From Betaproteobacteria bacterium (GTDB taxonomy: Bacteria > Pseudomonadota > Gammaproteobacteria > Burkholderiales > Burkholderiaceae_C): a stretch of 64,000 nt of DNA. The notes under the pieces are model-generated. The model was not told where the DNA came from. It did no database searches and was given only the letters and a program-made list of their open reading frames with translations. How positions within the stretch are numbered: position 1 is the first letter of the stretch; the number at the start of each line of letters is the position of its first letter. The stretch covers positions 9,785-73,784 of the forward strand of contig RFNL01000372.1 of NCBI GenBank assembly GCA_009927195.1. The letters run 5' to 3'. Both the position numbers and the translations under genes were made by a program. Of this stretch, positions 9,892 through 19,439 are shown piece by piece.

Positions 9892-10626
9892 TTGCCAATG
9901 AATTCGCAAGCATCTTTGTCAATCCCAAGCCACCAAAGCATGCAGGCTGATCTTTCACCTTTTGAAGACCTGCACCCGAGTGGTGCGACATACCGACAGG
10001 GATTCCTGAGAAATGGTCAACTGCATGGTCTTCTCAGGGAATTTGATCCAGATGGTGTCTGTCGGTTGATGGCCAACTTCGAAAATGGGCTGTTGAGTGG
10101 GCTGACACAAATCTTTGACCCCAAGGGAATCCTGATTCAAAAATGTCATTACCAATCGGGAATGCCACACGGCGAGATGTCGGTTTACGCGCAAGGGAAA
10201 TGTGTTCTCAAACAAATCTTCTCGGCGGGAAAGGCCTCTGGTGTATGTACAAGCTTTGATGCAGCCGGAAACATCAGCAACCAGGTGAATTTTCTGAACG
10301 GTGAAATTGAGGGGCCCGCCCTGTTTTACTCTGAGGGCAAGGTCGTGCGCAAGTCCATATATAAAAATGGGTTGCTTGATGGGTTGTCCGTTGACTATGA
10401 CCGAAACGGAAAAATCACGCAAACGTCTCAATATGTCAACAATGTACTTCATGGCCCATTGACGCGTTTTTGGCCGGATGGAAAAGTGATGGAGGCATAC
10501 CAATACAAAAATGGTATTCCGTTGGAGTCCCCTAAACGCTTTGACCCAACGGGCAAAGAAATAGATTCAGAGAATTCTCAAGCATCTATCTTGAACCGTT
10601 TAGAAGCCATGGTGAGGGGCAAATAA
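9892..10626 (+). CDS. MORN-variant repeat protein (YwqK-like)
   Basis: Repeated ~22-23 aa units: NGQLHG..REFDPDG, NGLLSG..QIFDPKG, NGEIEG..LFYSEG, NGLLDG..DYDRNG, NNVLHG..RFWPDG. Confidence 0.85.
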   Translation: MPMNSQASLSIPSHQSMQADLSPFEDLHPSGATYRQGFLRNGQLHGLLREFDPDGVCRLMANFENGLLSGLTQIFDPKGILIQKCHYQSGMPHGEMSVYAQGKCVLKQIFSAGKASGVCTSFDAAGNISNQVNFLNGEIEGPALFYSEGKVVRKSIYKNGLLDGLSVDYDRNGKITQTSQYVNNVLHGPLTRFWPDGKVMEAYQYKNGIPLESPKRFDPTGKEIDSENSQASILNRLEAMVRGK

Positions 10627-11012
10627 TGGCCAATCAAGTTTGCATGGGGGCCATGTTGAAGTGCAGTTTTGGGGTCGCGCCTGGTACTTTGATGGTGATG
10701 CCGGTCAATTTGGTCATGACCAAAGTACCTGACGCAAACATCATGGACAACAAACCAATGGTCAACATCATGCCATTTGGCATGTGCCAGTCGATGGCCA
10801 ACCCCATGGTGGCAGCTGCAACGGCGGCGGCCCTGGGCGTTTTGACCCCAATGCCATGCATTCCAATGACCATGGCCCCTTGGATGCCAGGCTCACCGAC
10901 TCAAATGTTGGGCAAGCTCCCTACTTTGAATGACTCGTCCAAATTGATGTGCACTTGGGGTGGGGTGATAGAAATCAGCATGCCGGGTCAATTCACGGTT
11001 TCGGTCAAATAG
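10626..11012 (+). CDS. DUF4280-family PAAR-like spike-tip protein
   Basis: VCMGAMLKCSFG, NIMPFGMC.S.ANP.VAAATAAALGVLTPMPCIP, W.PG, S.LMC.WGG.I; TAATG coupling to the upstream gene. Confidence 0.9.
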   Translation: MANQVCMGAMLKCSFGVAPGTLMVMPVNLVMTKVPDANIMDNKPMVNIMPFGMCQSMANPMVAAATAAALGVLTPMPCIPMTMAPWMPGSPTQMLGKLPTLNDSSKLMCTWGGVIEISMPGQFTVSVK

Positions 11013-11022
11013 AAAGTTTTTC

Positions 11023-11262
11023 ATGGAATATCACTTCAGTTTGACGCAGCGATGGATACTTATTTTTTCTGTCCTATTTGTTTTGTTTGTGACCTGTATT
11101 TTTTTCATTGGAATAGAGGTAGGCAAAAACCATTTGTCAGCAGGTGTTAAGGAGCCCATCGGCGCTAAGTCGGACTTGCTGAAAAACATCGAGCAAGGTG
11201 CTTCTGGTGTGCAAACCGATGTTCAAACTAAGAATTTCGGTCAAGATAAAAAAGGGCAGTGA
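11023..11262 (+). CDS. Small single-pass membrane protein in the T6SS cluster
   Basis: 79 aa with one hydrophobic helix (WILIFSVLFVLFVTCIFFIGI) and a polar tail; fills the gap between the DUF4280 gene and tssJ. Confidence 0.7.
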   Translation: MEYHFSLTQRWILIFSVLFVLFVTCIFFIGIEVGKNHLSAGVKEPIGAKSDLLKNIEQGASGVQTDVQTKNFGQDKKGQ

Positions 11263-11838
11263 ATGTTTTCCAGGGCTTACTTTGATTTGCAACGCATGAT
11301 CCGTACGATTTCTATTCTGATCATGGCCATTGGACGCAGCCGAACTTTGCCGCTGGTGGTGTTCGCGGGTTTTGTTTTTTCGGCTTGTTCTTTATGGGGG
11401 CCATCCAAAATCCCCTTAAATGATCAACCCATCAAAGCCCAAGCACCGAATTGGTCGGCTCTGGTGTTGCAGGCCTCTGCGGATGCCAACTCGAACACCG
11501 CTTTGGAAGTGGACATCGTTTTTGCAGCAACCCCAGAGGTGAAGTCAATGGTTGAAGGCCTTGGCGCAGGCAAGTGGTTCACGGTGCGCGACTCCATGTT
11601 GCGCAACTTATCGACTCAATTGCACGTCATTTCCTTGGAGTTGGTTCCTGGCCAAACCATGAAGCTGGGTCGTGGTGATTATTCGCAATTGAATGCCATT
11701 GGTGTGCTTGTGTTTGCCAATTATTCGAATCCGGGTGATCACAAAACAGCTCTACCGTTAACGCAAAACTCTCAACTCGTCTTGCTCGATGCCAAAGGAT
11801 TTAGGGTTTTAACAGTGCCTGCAAATTCCAAATACTGA
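11263..11838 (+). CDS. tssJ: T6SS outer-membrane lipoprotein, TssJ-like
   Basis: Hydrophobic stretch ending in lipobox-like FSAC; DANSNTALEVDIV, ELVPGQ, VFANY.NPG.H; directly upstream of tssK. Real start may be ATG 11296 or 11323. Confidence 0.8.
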   Translation: MFSRAYFDLQRMIRTISILIMAIGRSRTLPLVVFAGFVFSACSLWGPSKIPLNDQPIKAQAPNWSALVLQASADANSNTALEVDIVFAATPEVKSMVEGLGAGKWFTVRDSMLRNLSTQLHVISLELVPGQTMKLGRGDYSQLNAIGVLVFANYSNPGDHKTALPLTQNSQLVLLDAKGFRVLTVPANSKY

Positions 11839-11846
11839 AGATAAAA

Positions 11847-13178
11847 ATGTCCAACACTTCACTCCTACCTCATATCCAATGGCATGAAGGAATGTTGCTG
11901 TCCCCGCAGCACTTTCAACAAGAGTCAGCCAGAGTAGACAGCTTGATTGCATGGCAGTCTTTGAGCGCCAATGCTTTGGCCTGGGGTGTCAAGTCTTTTG
12001 AATTGGATCAAAGTTTGCTGGTCAATGGCTTGTTGCGCATCAAAAGCTTAGCGGTCATTTTCCCGGATGGAACACCCGTTGAGTACCGATCCGACCATGC
12101 TGATCAGCAACCATTGGAACTCGATTTGGCAGATTGGGAAGATGAGTTTGCAAAAGGCGAATTGAATGTATATATCGCTTTGGGTATCAACCGGTCATTG
12201 AATTTGCCAGGTGAAGTCACCAGATTTCGAGGGATTGATGCACCGGCTGTGAAGGATGAAGTGTCTGAGGCATTGCCCATCGACTTGCCGCGCATGACCT
12301 ACAACCTGACCTTGTTGGCTGGGTCTAAACCCTCTGCTTTGTACCAATCAATGCGACTATTGTCTGTGCGCAAAGACAATGAGGTTTATCGAACGGGTGC
12401 AGCCTTGCCGCCCCTTTTGAGGCTGACATTGGATCACCCGATAAGCGAGAGATGCTTGCAAATCGTCACACAGTTGCGCATCAAATCAACTTTTTTGGCA
12501 AAGCTGACCAGTAGCCCTTCATCACGGTTGGAAGAGCGATTGGAAACTCTGGAACAGCGCAATAAATTGGCGGTGTTGGTGAAGGCGTTGTCTGAATTGC
12601 AAGCGCTGCTGTCTTTCCATGAAATTCCACCATTTTTGCTGTACATGGTTCTTTGCAATCAATTGGGACCCCTGAGCACTTTGCGGCCCGGTTCGGTTCC
12701 CATTCAAGTGCCCCGTTGGCAACATGCAGATCCGGCCACCTCTTTCGGTCCCGTGATGGATGAAATTGAAGATTTAATGGGCGAGGTCAGCCAAGAATGG
12801 CGCACCGTTGTATTTGGATTTGACGGTCACATTTTTTCTCTACCGGGAGAAAATTTACCCAAAGCATCCGAGTTTTATGTGGGCTTGCGCGGACAGTCAG
12901 ATGCGGAATTGACGCAGTGGATGAATGGTGCTGTGATTGGTTCGCAGACAGTTTGGACCTTGCTGAGCGACCGTCGCGTATTGGGTGTGGCGCGCAAAAA
13001 AGTGGATCAAGTGGAGTCCTTGGGATTGCGCTCAAGTTCTGGATACACCATTTTTTCTGTGGAACTGAGGGAAACATTCATCGTATTTGATCAACCTCTT
13101 TTGATCAGCAATGTCAATGAAGAAAAACTTTTCCCCAGGCCGCGGGAAATCGTTTTATTTGAGAGAGCCGCTCATTAA
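11847..13178 (+). CDS. tssK: T6SS baseplate subunit TssK
   Basis: IQWHEGMLLSPQHFQQ, WGV, IFPDGT, PPLL. Confidence 0.95.
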   Translation: MSNTSLLPHIQWHEGMLLSPQHFQQESARVDSLIAWQSLSANALAWGVKSFELDQSLLVNGLLRIKSLAVIFPDGTPVEYRSDHADQQPLELDLADWEDEFAKGELNVYIALGINRSLNLPGEVTRFRGIDAPAVKDEVSEALPIDLPRMTYNLTLLAGSKPSALYQSMRLLSVRKDNEVYRTGAALPPLLRLTLDHPISERCLQIVTQLRIKSTFLAKLTSSPSSRLEERLETLEQRNKLAVLVKALSELQALLSFHEIPPFLLYMVLCNQLGPLSTLRPGSVPIQVPRWQHADPATSFGPVMDEIEDLMGEVSQEWRTVVFGFDGHIFSLPGENLPKASEFYVGLRGQSDAELTQWMNGAVIGSQTVWTLLSDRRVLGVARKKVDQVESLGLRSSSGYTIFSVELRETFIVFDQPLLISNVNEEKLFPRPREIVLFERAAH

Positions 13179-13187
13179 TTTTCAACC

Positions 13188-14018
13188 TTGGATCCATCCA
13201 TCATGTCTTCGGCAAATCTATCCATACACCCACCAGGAGTCATCAGCCCAATGGGGGGAGGGCAAGACCTGGCATCTGTGCAATTTAGAGACTTCTACCA
13301 AGTATTGCAACGGGCCTCGCAGCTTATTTTGAAAGTCAGTGATGCAGATGCCGCCGAAGCGGCTCAAACTTTGAGCAAAGATTTGCTTCAATTGATTGAG
13401 TTGCACACCATAGAAGCCCGACGAATTGGTGGGGCAATTGCTTTGGAGCATGAATCCCAAGCGCGTTATTTGAAAGCAGTTCTGGCCGACGAAATTTTGT
13501 TGAATTCGGATTGGGCCGGTCGCGAGCATTGGCGGCATGAATTGCTCGAAACAAAGTTGTTCAAGTCAAGCCATGCGGGCGAGGAATTTTTCAGACAAAT
13601 TGATCAACTGCTTTCAAATCGTGAACCTTCACAACGCGCATTGGCCAGGTTATATCTTTATGTGATTTCTTTGGGCTTTCAAGGTCAATACAGGGGGACT
13701 GACGACATGAGCATGTTGGCCCGTTATCGCAGCGATCTTTTCATGTTTATTTTTCAGCGACAAGCTGAACTCAATGGGGCTGAACGGAGATTGTCTGAAT
13801 TGCCCTACGAGAACACGTTATCCGATTATTCAGCCCATCGTTTACCGAGATTGAGCCGTTCTTGGATTCGGCTTATCTCGCTTGTGCTTGGCATGCTGAT
13901 TCTTTCCGAGGTGATGTGGCTTTGGCAGTCTTGGCCTGTACGCAAGTCACTGGAAACCACGGTCGGCAGCACAAGCATCTACGATGAATATTCTGTAGAA
14001 GAAGTGAAATTATGTTGA
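13188..14018 (+). CDS. tssL: T6SS membrane-complex protein TssL (DotU family), no OmpA domain
   Basis: YLKAVLADEILL, W...LLE..LF..S.AGEEFF, LYLYVISLGFQGQYR, C-terminal TM. Start TTG 13188 or ATG 13203. Confidence 0.93.
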   Translation: MDPSIMSSANLSIHPPGVISPMGGGQDLASVQFRDFYQVLQRASQLILKVSDADAAEAAQTLSKDLLQLIELHTIEARRIGGAIALEHESQARYLKAVLADEILLNSDWAGREHWRHELLETKLFKSSHAGEEFFRQIDQLLSNREPSQRALARLYLYVISLGFQGQYRGTDDMSMLARYRSDLFMFIFQRQAELNGAERRLSELPYENTLSDYSAHRLPRLSRSWIRLISLVLGMLILSEVMWLWQSWPVRKSLETTVGSTSIYDEYSVEEVKLC

Positions 14019-17000
14019 ATTTTACTTTTGACCATGCATGGCTTGTCACCTTGTCTTTGGTGGCAATTGCCTTGCTTCTGGGTTTGTTATTTTTGATCAG
14101 GGTGGCACATAAACACGGTCAATCTTCTCAGCAAAATGCAATTTCGGAAACAGTGGCTGTGTTAATGCCTGTCAAGACCCTCAAGCATTCATTTCGACAG
14201 GCAATTGGATTGATTGAAAGCAGTCTTACCCAAAGATCAGAGCGTTATAAGCTAACTTGGACATTGATTGTCAATGGGGGTGGCAGTCAAGGCTTGCCAC
14301 TGTCCGCCAGTGGTCTGCAAAGTGCTTTTGGTGCAGAAAATTCTTCCGTCTCGTCCAAGGATGGTATCGGTTGGGGCTTCTTCGATAAAGGCATTGCTGT
14401 TCAAGTGAAGTCTGACCAATTGGGCGATGAAAGCAGTCAAGACAGCCACGGCGTATGGGATGAATTATTGAGCCTTTGCCAATCCTATAGGCCAGATAGA
14501 CCGTTAGATGCAATTGTTTACAGTTTGCCAGCGTCCGTGTTACTTCAGTCCAGTGCTGAAAGCAAATACGCCATCATGGAATCGGCCAAGAAATTCAATA
14601 AGTTGCTCTGGCTTGCACAAAACCGATTTGCACTTCAATTTCCCTTGTATGTGGTGATTGACGGCTGCGAGGCTATTCCTGGGTTTGCAGGTTTTGCATC
14701 ATCATTGCCCACACAGATGCGACGCAGTATCTTGGGCTGGTCATCACCATTTGAGCTTTCTGCACCATACCAGGACCGCTGGGTTGATCAAGGTATGGGC
14801 GAAATCATTTCCATAACAGCAGATGCTTGCATGGAGTTAAGTGCCATCGATGTGCTCCAAAAGGACAGTTCTAATTATTTTCTTTTGCCTTCAGAGATCA
14901 AAAAATTAAGCGAAGGGCTTCATGTTTTCATGGACGAACTCATGCGGCCCAGCGCCTACCATGATCCATTCATGCTGCGTGGCTTTTATCTCACGGGCGA
15001 TTGCAGTGATGCGGCCCAATTGTTGCAAGGCACACAGGCACTCTCAATGCTGTCTGGGGCACCCAATGAGTTTCAGATCCGACCAGCTGTTGAACCCGCA
15101 TTTCTGCGCGATTTGTTTGAGAAAAAAATATTTGCTGAAAATGGTCTGGTACGGGCTTCGCGCACCCAAAAACTGCGTCAATCGACCATGCATGTGGCTG
15201 TCAGATGGGGGACTGGCGCATTTATTTCCCTTTGGTTGGTCTGGTTGGGTCTGGGAACCATCAAGATCCACTATTTTGCTGGCGAATTGGTTGCCGTGAT
15301 CGATAAATTCAATCAAGAGGCAACGAATGCTTTGCGGCGAAGCAAAGACGAGACCATCGATCTTGAGCTGAGCAAAGAGCGCGCTATTGAAACGCTTAAA
15401 TTGCTGGACTCCTTGAATACGGGCGCCTTATGGGCATTTCCCATGCCTGGTTCATGGTCATCCATTGATGACCTCAATCACAGGGTTCAGAAACGCATTG
15501 CCGAAGGATTTGCCAAAACAGCTTTTAACCCCATTCGATTAAGCCTGAATGCCGCCGTTGCGGAAATGACCGGTGCCACCATCGACCCGTCTAATGGTGC
15601 ATTGGTCAACTCGTCCAATTGTGCTTTACCCAAAACATGGATTGAAAGGATCTCCACTGCGGGTTCTCGCCCTGTGGATCCTGATGAGCAAATTGAATTT
15701 TTCATGTTGGAACAATATGTGCGGCGTGCAGCGGAGTTGCAACGCGTCATTGCAAGCTTGATGAGGCTGACCGATAAAACCGCTGCAGCGAGTGGAGAGG
15801 ATTTGCGCTTGGTGGTCAAGGCGCTCATGGGTGTTGAACTGAATGGAAACATCAATCAAATTGCAAATATATTTCGCAACAGTGTTTCCAGCGGTGGTCT
15901 CATTGATCACAATTCACTTCAACAGGCGTCAACTTGTGCATTTGGTCAAATGTACGATGCCTTCTTGGAGGGTGCCTTGCAAAAAAACAGCTTGCTCAGC
16001 TATGAGTCCAGTTACTCAGAGTTGATTGCGCAAGTCAGCGTTGAAGCCACTTCGGCCTTTGATGGAACATTGGGCTATCAAGCCTGGAATGAATTTTCTG
16101 AGCAATTGAAAAGCCAATCTGCTTTTCTTCAACCCGGCAAAGGGATTTGGATTCAACGCAGGACCCCTGAGTTTGGCGTTAACTATGACAAGTTGATGCA
16201 AACCGTTCGGGGCGTGGACTTGTTGGGAAGTGCTGCGGTGGATGCGGCGCAAAAACGATTGAACACCAGCTTTACCAAGTTTTTAGATAAATGGGACAAC
16301 ATCAACCACGAAAATGCCGGCTCAATGGTTGGCAAACTGGACTGGATAGAAAAAGAAAGCCAGTGGGACTTCAATGCTGACAGGCAGGCGTTGATGGAGA
16401 ACATGAGCAAAATGCTGGCATTGCCTTATGTCAAAAATAATTTTCCCAGAAAGTTGCCTGAAGCGCCTTCAAATTCTGCGGTCATTTGGGACCGACAGCG
16501 ATTGGATCAGGCGCTGTCATATGCAGATGTCAAACGCACTTTAGAGGGTGAGTTGCTTCAAAAATTCCCAGCCAGTTTGAGGGAGCAGGCGACTCGTTTT
16601 GTTTATGGCGCTTTGGCCTCTAAAGTTTTGGAATCAACTTCCCAGGCGATGTCTGTCACCATTCGACCCATCAATCAAGTTTCTTTGCAAGAAGCTGAGC
16701 AAGCCAAGCTATCGAAACTGATTTCGTTGTTGACAGACTTGGGGGCCAGTGATGCGGTTGTTGCTTTGAGGGGCATGATTTCCAAGGAATTGATTGCGAG
16801 ACTGATGGTGCTTGATGATTCGTTCAATCAAGCCTTTGTATTTATGCCCAAAGAGGTGGATTTCAAAAATTGGAATGGATCCGGAAATCCGCTTCTTGTT
16901 GCATTTGATTCCCCTGATGCCTCAGGATTGGCTGCTTATGTGGCGCAGCAAATCAGTTACATCGAGAACACTTCGAGAGAAGCAGAAACACTTTTACAAA

Positions 17001-18112
17001 CTTTGAATGTTTTGCAACCCAATCACCCCTTGGTGATCAAATGGAATGCCATGACCGCTGAAGTTTCGCGTTTCAAGATCAAAAGTCCCATCAGTACTTT
17101 GAGCGTTCTGACCCAATTTATCTTGAACGCGGGTACGGAGTTTGAATTGTTCAACTGCTTGGAACGGATACAAAAAATAAGCACAGGCCGTCGCAGTTTT
17201 GATTATTTTTCAGACAGGTTGCAATCATTGCAAACTGGTTTAACTCAACGGTGTATTGCACTCAAAGAAAATGATCGAAAAGAATCATGGAATCGATTTG
17301 CCAATTTATTCAACCGCGATCTCGCCAACCGTGTTCCCTTCAAATCATTGGCCATGCCCCCGCAAGTTTCTCAAAGTGGTTTGTCCCCAAGGTTTGAATT
17401 GATATCCGCAGATGTCGATGATGTGTCAGCGGTATTGACCAGTTTTGATAAAGCTTACAAATCATTGGGTGATACCAATGCCAATGGATTGTCTGCAAAG
17501 CCTTTGAACACACCGGTCAGCGTGAAAAAATTTGAAGAGCAATTTATTAAAGTTCGGCAACTTTTCGCACCTTTGTACCCCGCAGAACAAACACTTGTCT
17601 CTGGATACGATCTGACGGTAGATTTCAGAAGTAATCAAGCTGAGGAAAAAGAGGGTGGAAGAATCATCGAGTGGGTTCTTTCATCGGGCAATCAAATGCT
17701 GCGTTCGCGCGATTCCAATGCCAAATCCTTGTTTTGGGAGCCAGGCACCCCCATCAGTTTGTCTTTGCGTGTTGCCAAAGACAGCCCACTAAAGCCCAAA
17801 TCTGATCCCAACCAAGCTTACATTTCTGTCGAGGACAAAACAGTTACCTACCGATTTACCGATGTGTGGGCCTTATTTAGTTTTATTTCTGCGCATCGAG
17901 AACCAGATAGATATAGCAGGGGGGAGTCCCGCATGCAATTGCTGAGGTTTGAATTTGTGCTGACACCCGTCTCAGACACAGCGAAGCAAACTGACAGCGA
18001 AATACCTGCAAAGGTGTTCATGCGAATCGGATTGAGTGCCTTTGGCAAAAAGACCTTGTTAGCATGGCCATCGGTTTTTCCCAGCAAAGCGCCGGATTGG
18101 GCTTCGCCCTGA
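14012..18112 (+). CDS. tssM: T6SS membrane-complex protein TssM (IcmF family)
   Basis: 1366 aa after tssL; N-terminal TM, RPDRPLDAIV, FPLYVVIDGCEAIPGF..F, LRGFYLTG, FLRDLFEKKIFAE.GL, second TM near residue 400. Confidence 0.92.
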   Translation: MLNFTFDHAWLVTLSLVAIALLLGLLFLIRVAHKHGQSSQQNAISETVAVLMPVKTLKHSFRQAIGLIESSLTQRSERYKLTWTLIVNGGGSQGLPLSASGLQSAFGAENSSVSSKDGIGWGFFDKGIAVQVKSDQLGDESSQDSHGVWDELLSLCQSYRPDRPLDAIVYSLPASVLLQSSAESKYAIMESAKKFNKLLWLAQNRFALQFPLYVVIDGCEAIPGFAGFASSLPTQMRRSILGWSSPFELSAPYQDRWVDQGMGEIISITADACMELSAIDVLQKDSSNYFLLPSEIKKLSEGLHVFMDELMRPSAYHDPFMLRGFYLTGDCSDAAQLLQGTQALSMLSGAPNEFQIRPAVEPAFLRDLFEKKIFAENGLVRASRTQKLRQSTMHVAVRWGTGAFISLWLVWLGLGTIKIHYFAGELVAVIDKFNQEATNALRRSKDETIDLELSKERAIETLKLLDSLNTGALWAFPMPGSWSSIDDLNHRVQKRIAEGFAKTAFNPIRLSLNAAVAEMTGATIDPSNGALVNSSNCALPKTWIERISTAGSRPVDPDEQIEFFMLEQYVRRAAELQRVIASLMRLTDKTAAASGEDLRLVVKALMGVELNGNINQIANIFRNSVSSGGLIDHNSLQQASTCAFGQMYDAFLEGALQKNSLLSYESSYSELIAQVSVEATSAFDGTLGYQAWNEFSEQLKSQSAFLQPGKGIWIQRRTPEFGVNYDKLMQTVRGVDLLGSAAVDAAQKRLNTSFTKFLDKWDNINHENAGSMVGKLDWIEKESQWDFNADRQALMENMSKMLALPYVKNNFPRKLPEAPSNSAVIWDRQRLDQALSYADVKRTLEGELLQKFPASLREQATRFVYGALASKVLESTSQAMSVTIRPINQVSLQEAEQAKLSKLISLLTDLGASDAVVALRGMISKELIARLMVLDDSFNQAFVFMPKEVDFKNWNGSGNPLLVAFDSPDASGLAAYVAQQISYIENTSREAETLLQTLNVLQPNHPLVIKWNAMTAEVSRFKIKSPISTLSVLTQFILNAGTEFELFNCLERIQKISTGRRSFDYFSDRLQSLQTGLTQRCIALKENDRKESWNRFANLFNRDLANRVPFKSLAMPPQVSQSGLSPRFELISADVDDVSAVLTSFDKAYKSLGDTNANGLSAKPLNTPVSVKKFEEQFIKVRQLFAPLYPAEQTLVSGYDLTVDFRSNQAEEKEGGRIIEWVLSSGNQMLRSRDSNAKSLFWEPGTPISLSLRVAKDSPLKPKSDPNQAYISVEDKTVTYRFTDVWALFSFISAHREPDRYSRGESRMQLLRFEFVLTPVSDTAKQTDSEIPAKVFMRIGLSAFGKKTLLAWPSVFPSKAPDWASP

Positions 18113-18122
18113 GTCACTCCCT

Positions 18123-19259
18123 ATGATCGACAACGCCCTTTCATTGATAGATCAATTGCTGATACCCATCTCCGAGCAAGCACCATGCGGTGGCTCCTTG
18201 CGGCATGACAGTTTGTTTACCAATATCAGACTGGCGCGGGAAGAGGATGACCCCCATTTGCCCATGCGGCAATGGGAGCGTCCCTTAAAGAAAGCGGATT
18301 GGGGATTGATTGAGACGGAATGTTTGGACGCATTGCGTCATAAAAGCAAAGATCTGCAACTGGTGGCTTGGTTGACCGAATCCTGGATGCGCATACATGG
18401 CATCAAGGGATTTGAAACGGGTCTTGTGCTTTTGCATGACATGATCACAAGATTTTGGGATGAACTGCATCCGCAAATCATGGATGGAGATACCGACGCT
18501 CGGAAATCACCGTTTGAGTGGCTCAGTGAGTCGATGTCTGTGAGTTTGCGGGTCCATGTGGTTTTATTGACCGTTTATAACCGAAAGCCATCTAAAATTT
18601 CTTTGGCTGAATGGGATAAATTGACCTCTTTAGAAGTTGATGCCCAAGATTCGCTTCGACCTCAGGTCGAGATGGAGGCCAGCGAAAGGGAATTTGAGCC
18701 GATTTATCGCTCAGAGCTGATCAGCGTTGCTCAAAGCGAACCATTCAAAGAATGGCTGTCGCTCGAGCTTGATGAGACCAAAAATTCAATAAAAATACTG
18801 CACCAAATCAAAATTATTTTGGATCGGCAAATGAAATCCGACTCGCCCAATTTGAACAAACTATTCCAAATTTTGGGGCAAATAGAAAAGGTTTTAGAAA
18901 CTCTGACCCAGCGCACCAAGCTTACCGTAAAACAAGCCCCCGAGGTTATTCATGATTTGTCCCCCCACAGCGCGCATGAGCGTGAAAGAGCAAACTTGAT
19001 GAAAGAAGAGTATGTCAATGGAAATTTGTCAATGGATTCGCTGAATGGTCCTTGGCGCAACAGGGAAGAAGCCTATGCCACTCTCGAGGCTGTGGCCGAG
19101 TATTTGCAACAAAGGGAACCCCACAGTCCAACTCCTTATTTGGTCAAGAAAGCAGTGCGTTGGGGAAAACTGACATTGCCCGAATTGATGCAGGAAATCA
19201 TGAAAGAAGAGGGTGATTTGAACAGAATGTCCAATCTATTTGGACAATCTGAACATTGA
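18123..19259 (+). CDS. tssA: T6SS protein TssA (ImpA_N domain, short EPHSP-type C-terminus)
   Basis: LLIPIS..APCG, IRLAREEDD, KADW, SKDLQLVAWLTE, FWDELHP; C-terminal REEAY..L..VAEYLQQREPHSPTPYLVKKAVRWG. Confidence 0.94.
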   Translation: MIDNALSLIDQLLIPISEQAPCGGSLRHDSLFTNIRLAREEDDPHLPMRQWERPLKKADWGLIETECLDALRHKSKDLQLVAWLTESWMRIHGIKGFETGLVLLHDMITRFWDELHPQIMDGDTDARKSPFEWLSESMSVSLRVHVVLLTVYNRKPSKISLAEWDKLTSLEVDAQDSLRPQVEMEASEREFEPIYRSELISVAQSEPFKEWLSLELDETKNSIKILHQIKIILDRQMKSDSPNLNKLFQILGQIEKVLETLTQRTKLTVKQAPEVIHDLSPHSAHERERANLMKEEYVNGNLSMDSLNGPWRNREEAYATLEAVAEYLQQREPHSPTPYLVKKAVRWGKLTLPELMQEIMKEEGDLNRMSNLFGQSEH

Positions 19260-19373
19260 CTTTTTGTTAAAAAGGTTTTGATTTTATTTATTTTTGATGC
19301 ACCATCTTCATTGATGGCTTGAAAAATATATTCAGATAATGCCTTTGCAAAGGCGCCATATACCATATGGGTT

Positions 19374-19379
19374 TATAAT
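19374..19379 (+). promoter_or_regulatory. Candidate sigma70 -10 element upstream of the H-NS gene
   Basis: Perfect TATAAT in an AT-rich intergenic region about 60 nt upstream of the ATG; no well-spaced -35 seen. Confidence 0.4.
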
Positions 19380-19439
19380 GACATGGTGTTAACTCACAAC
19401 TTTCCAATTATCAATCACCATATTCAGGAGTTTATTACC

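Noticed and set aside
9892-10626. Toxin-antitoxin pair
   Set aside because: No toxin-like ORF is adjacent; the YwqK label reflects repeat similarity only.
11260-11300. Selenocysteine readthrough at the in-frame TGA
   Set aside because: No convincing SECIS-like hairpin follows, and the context is not a redox motif.
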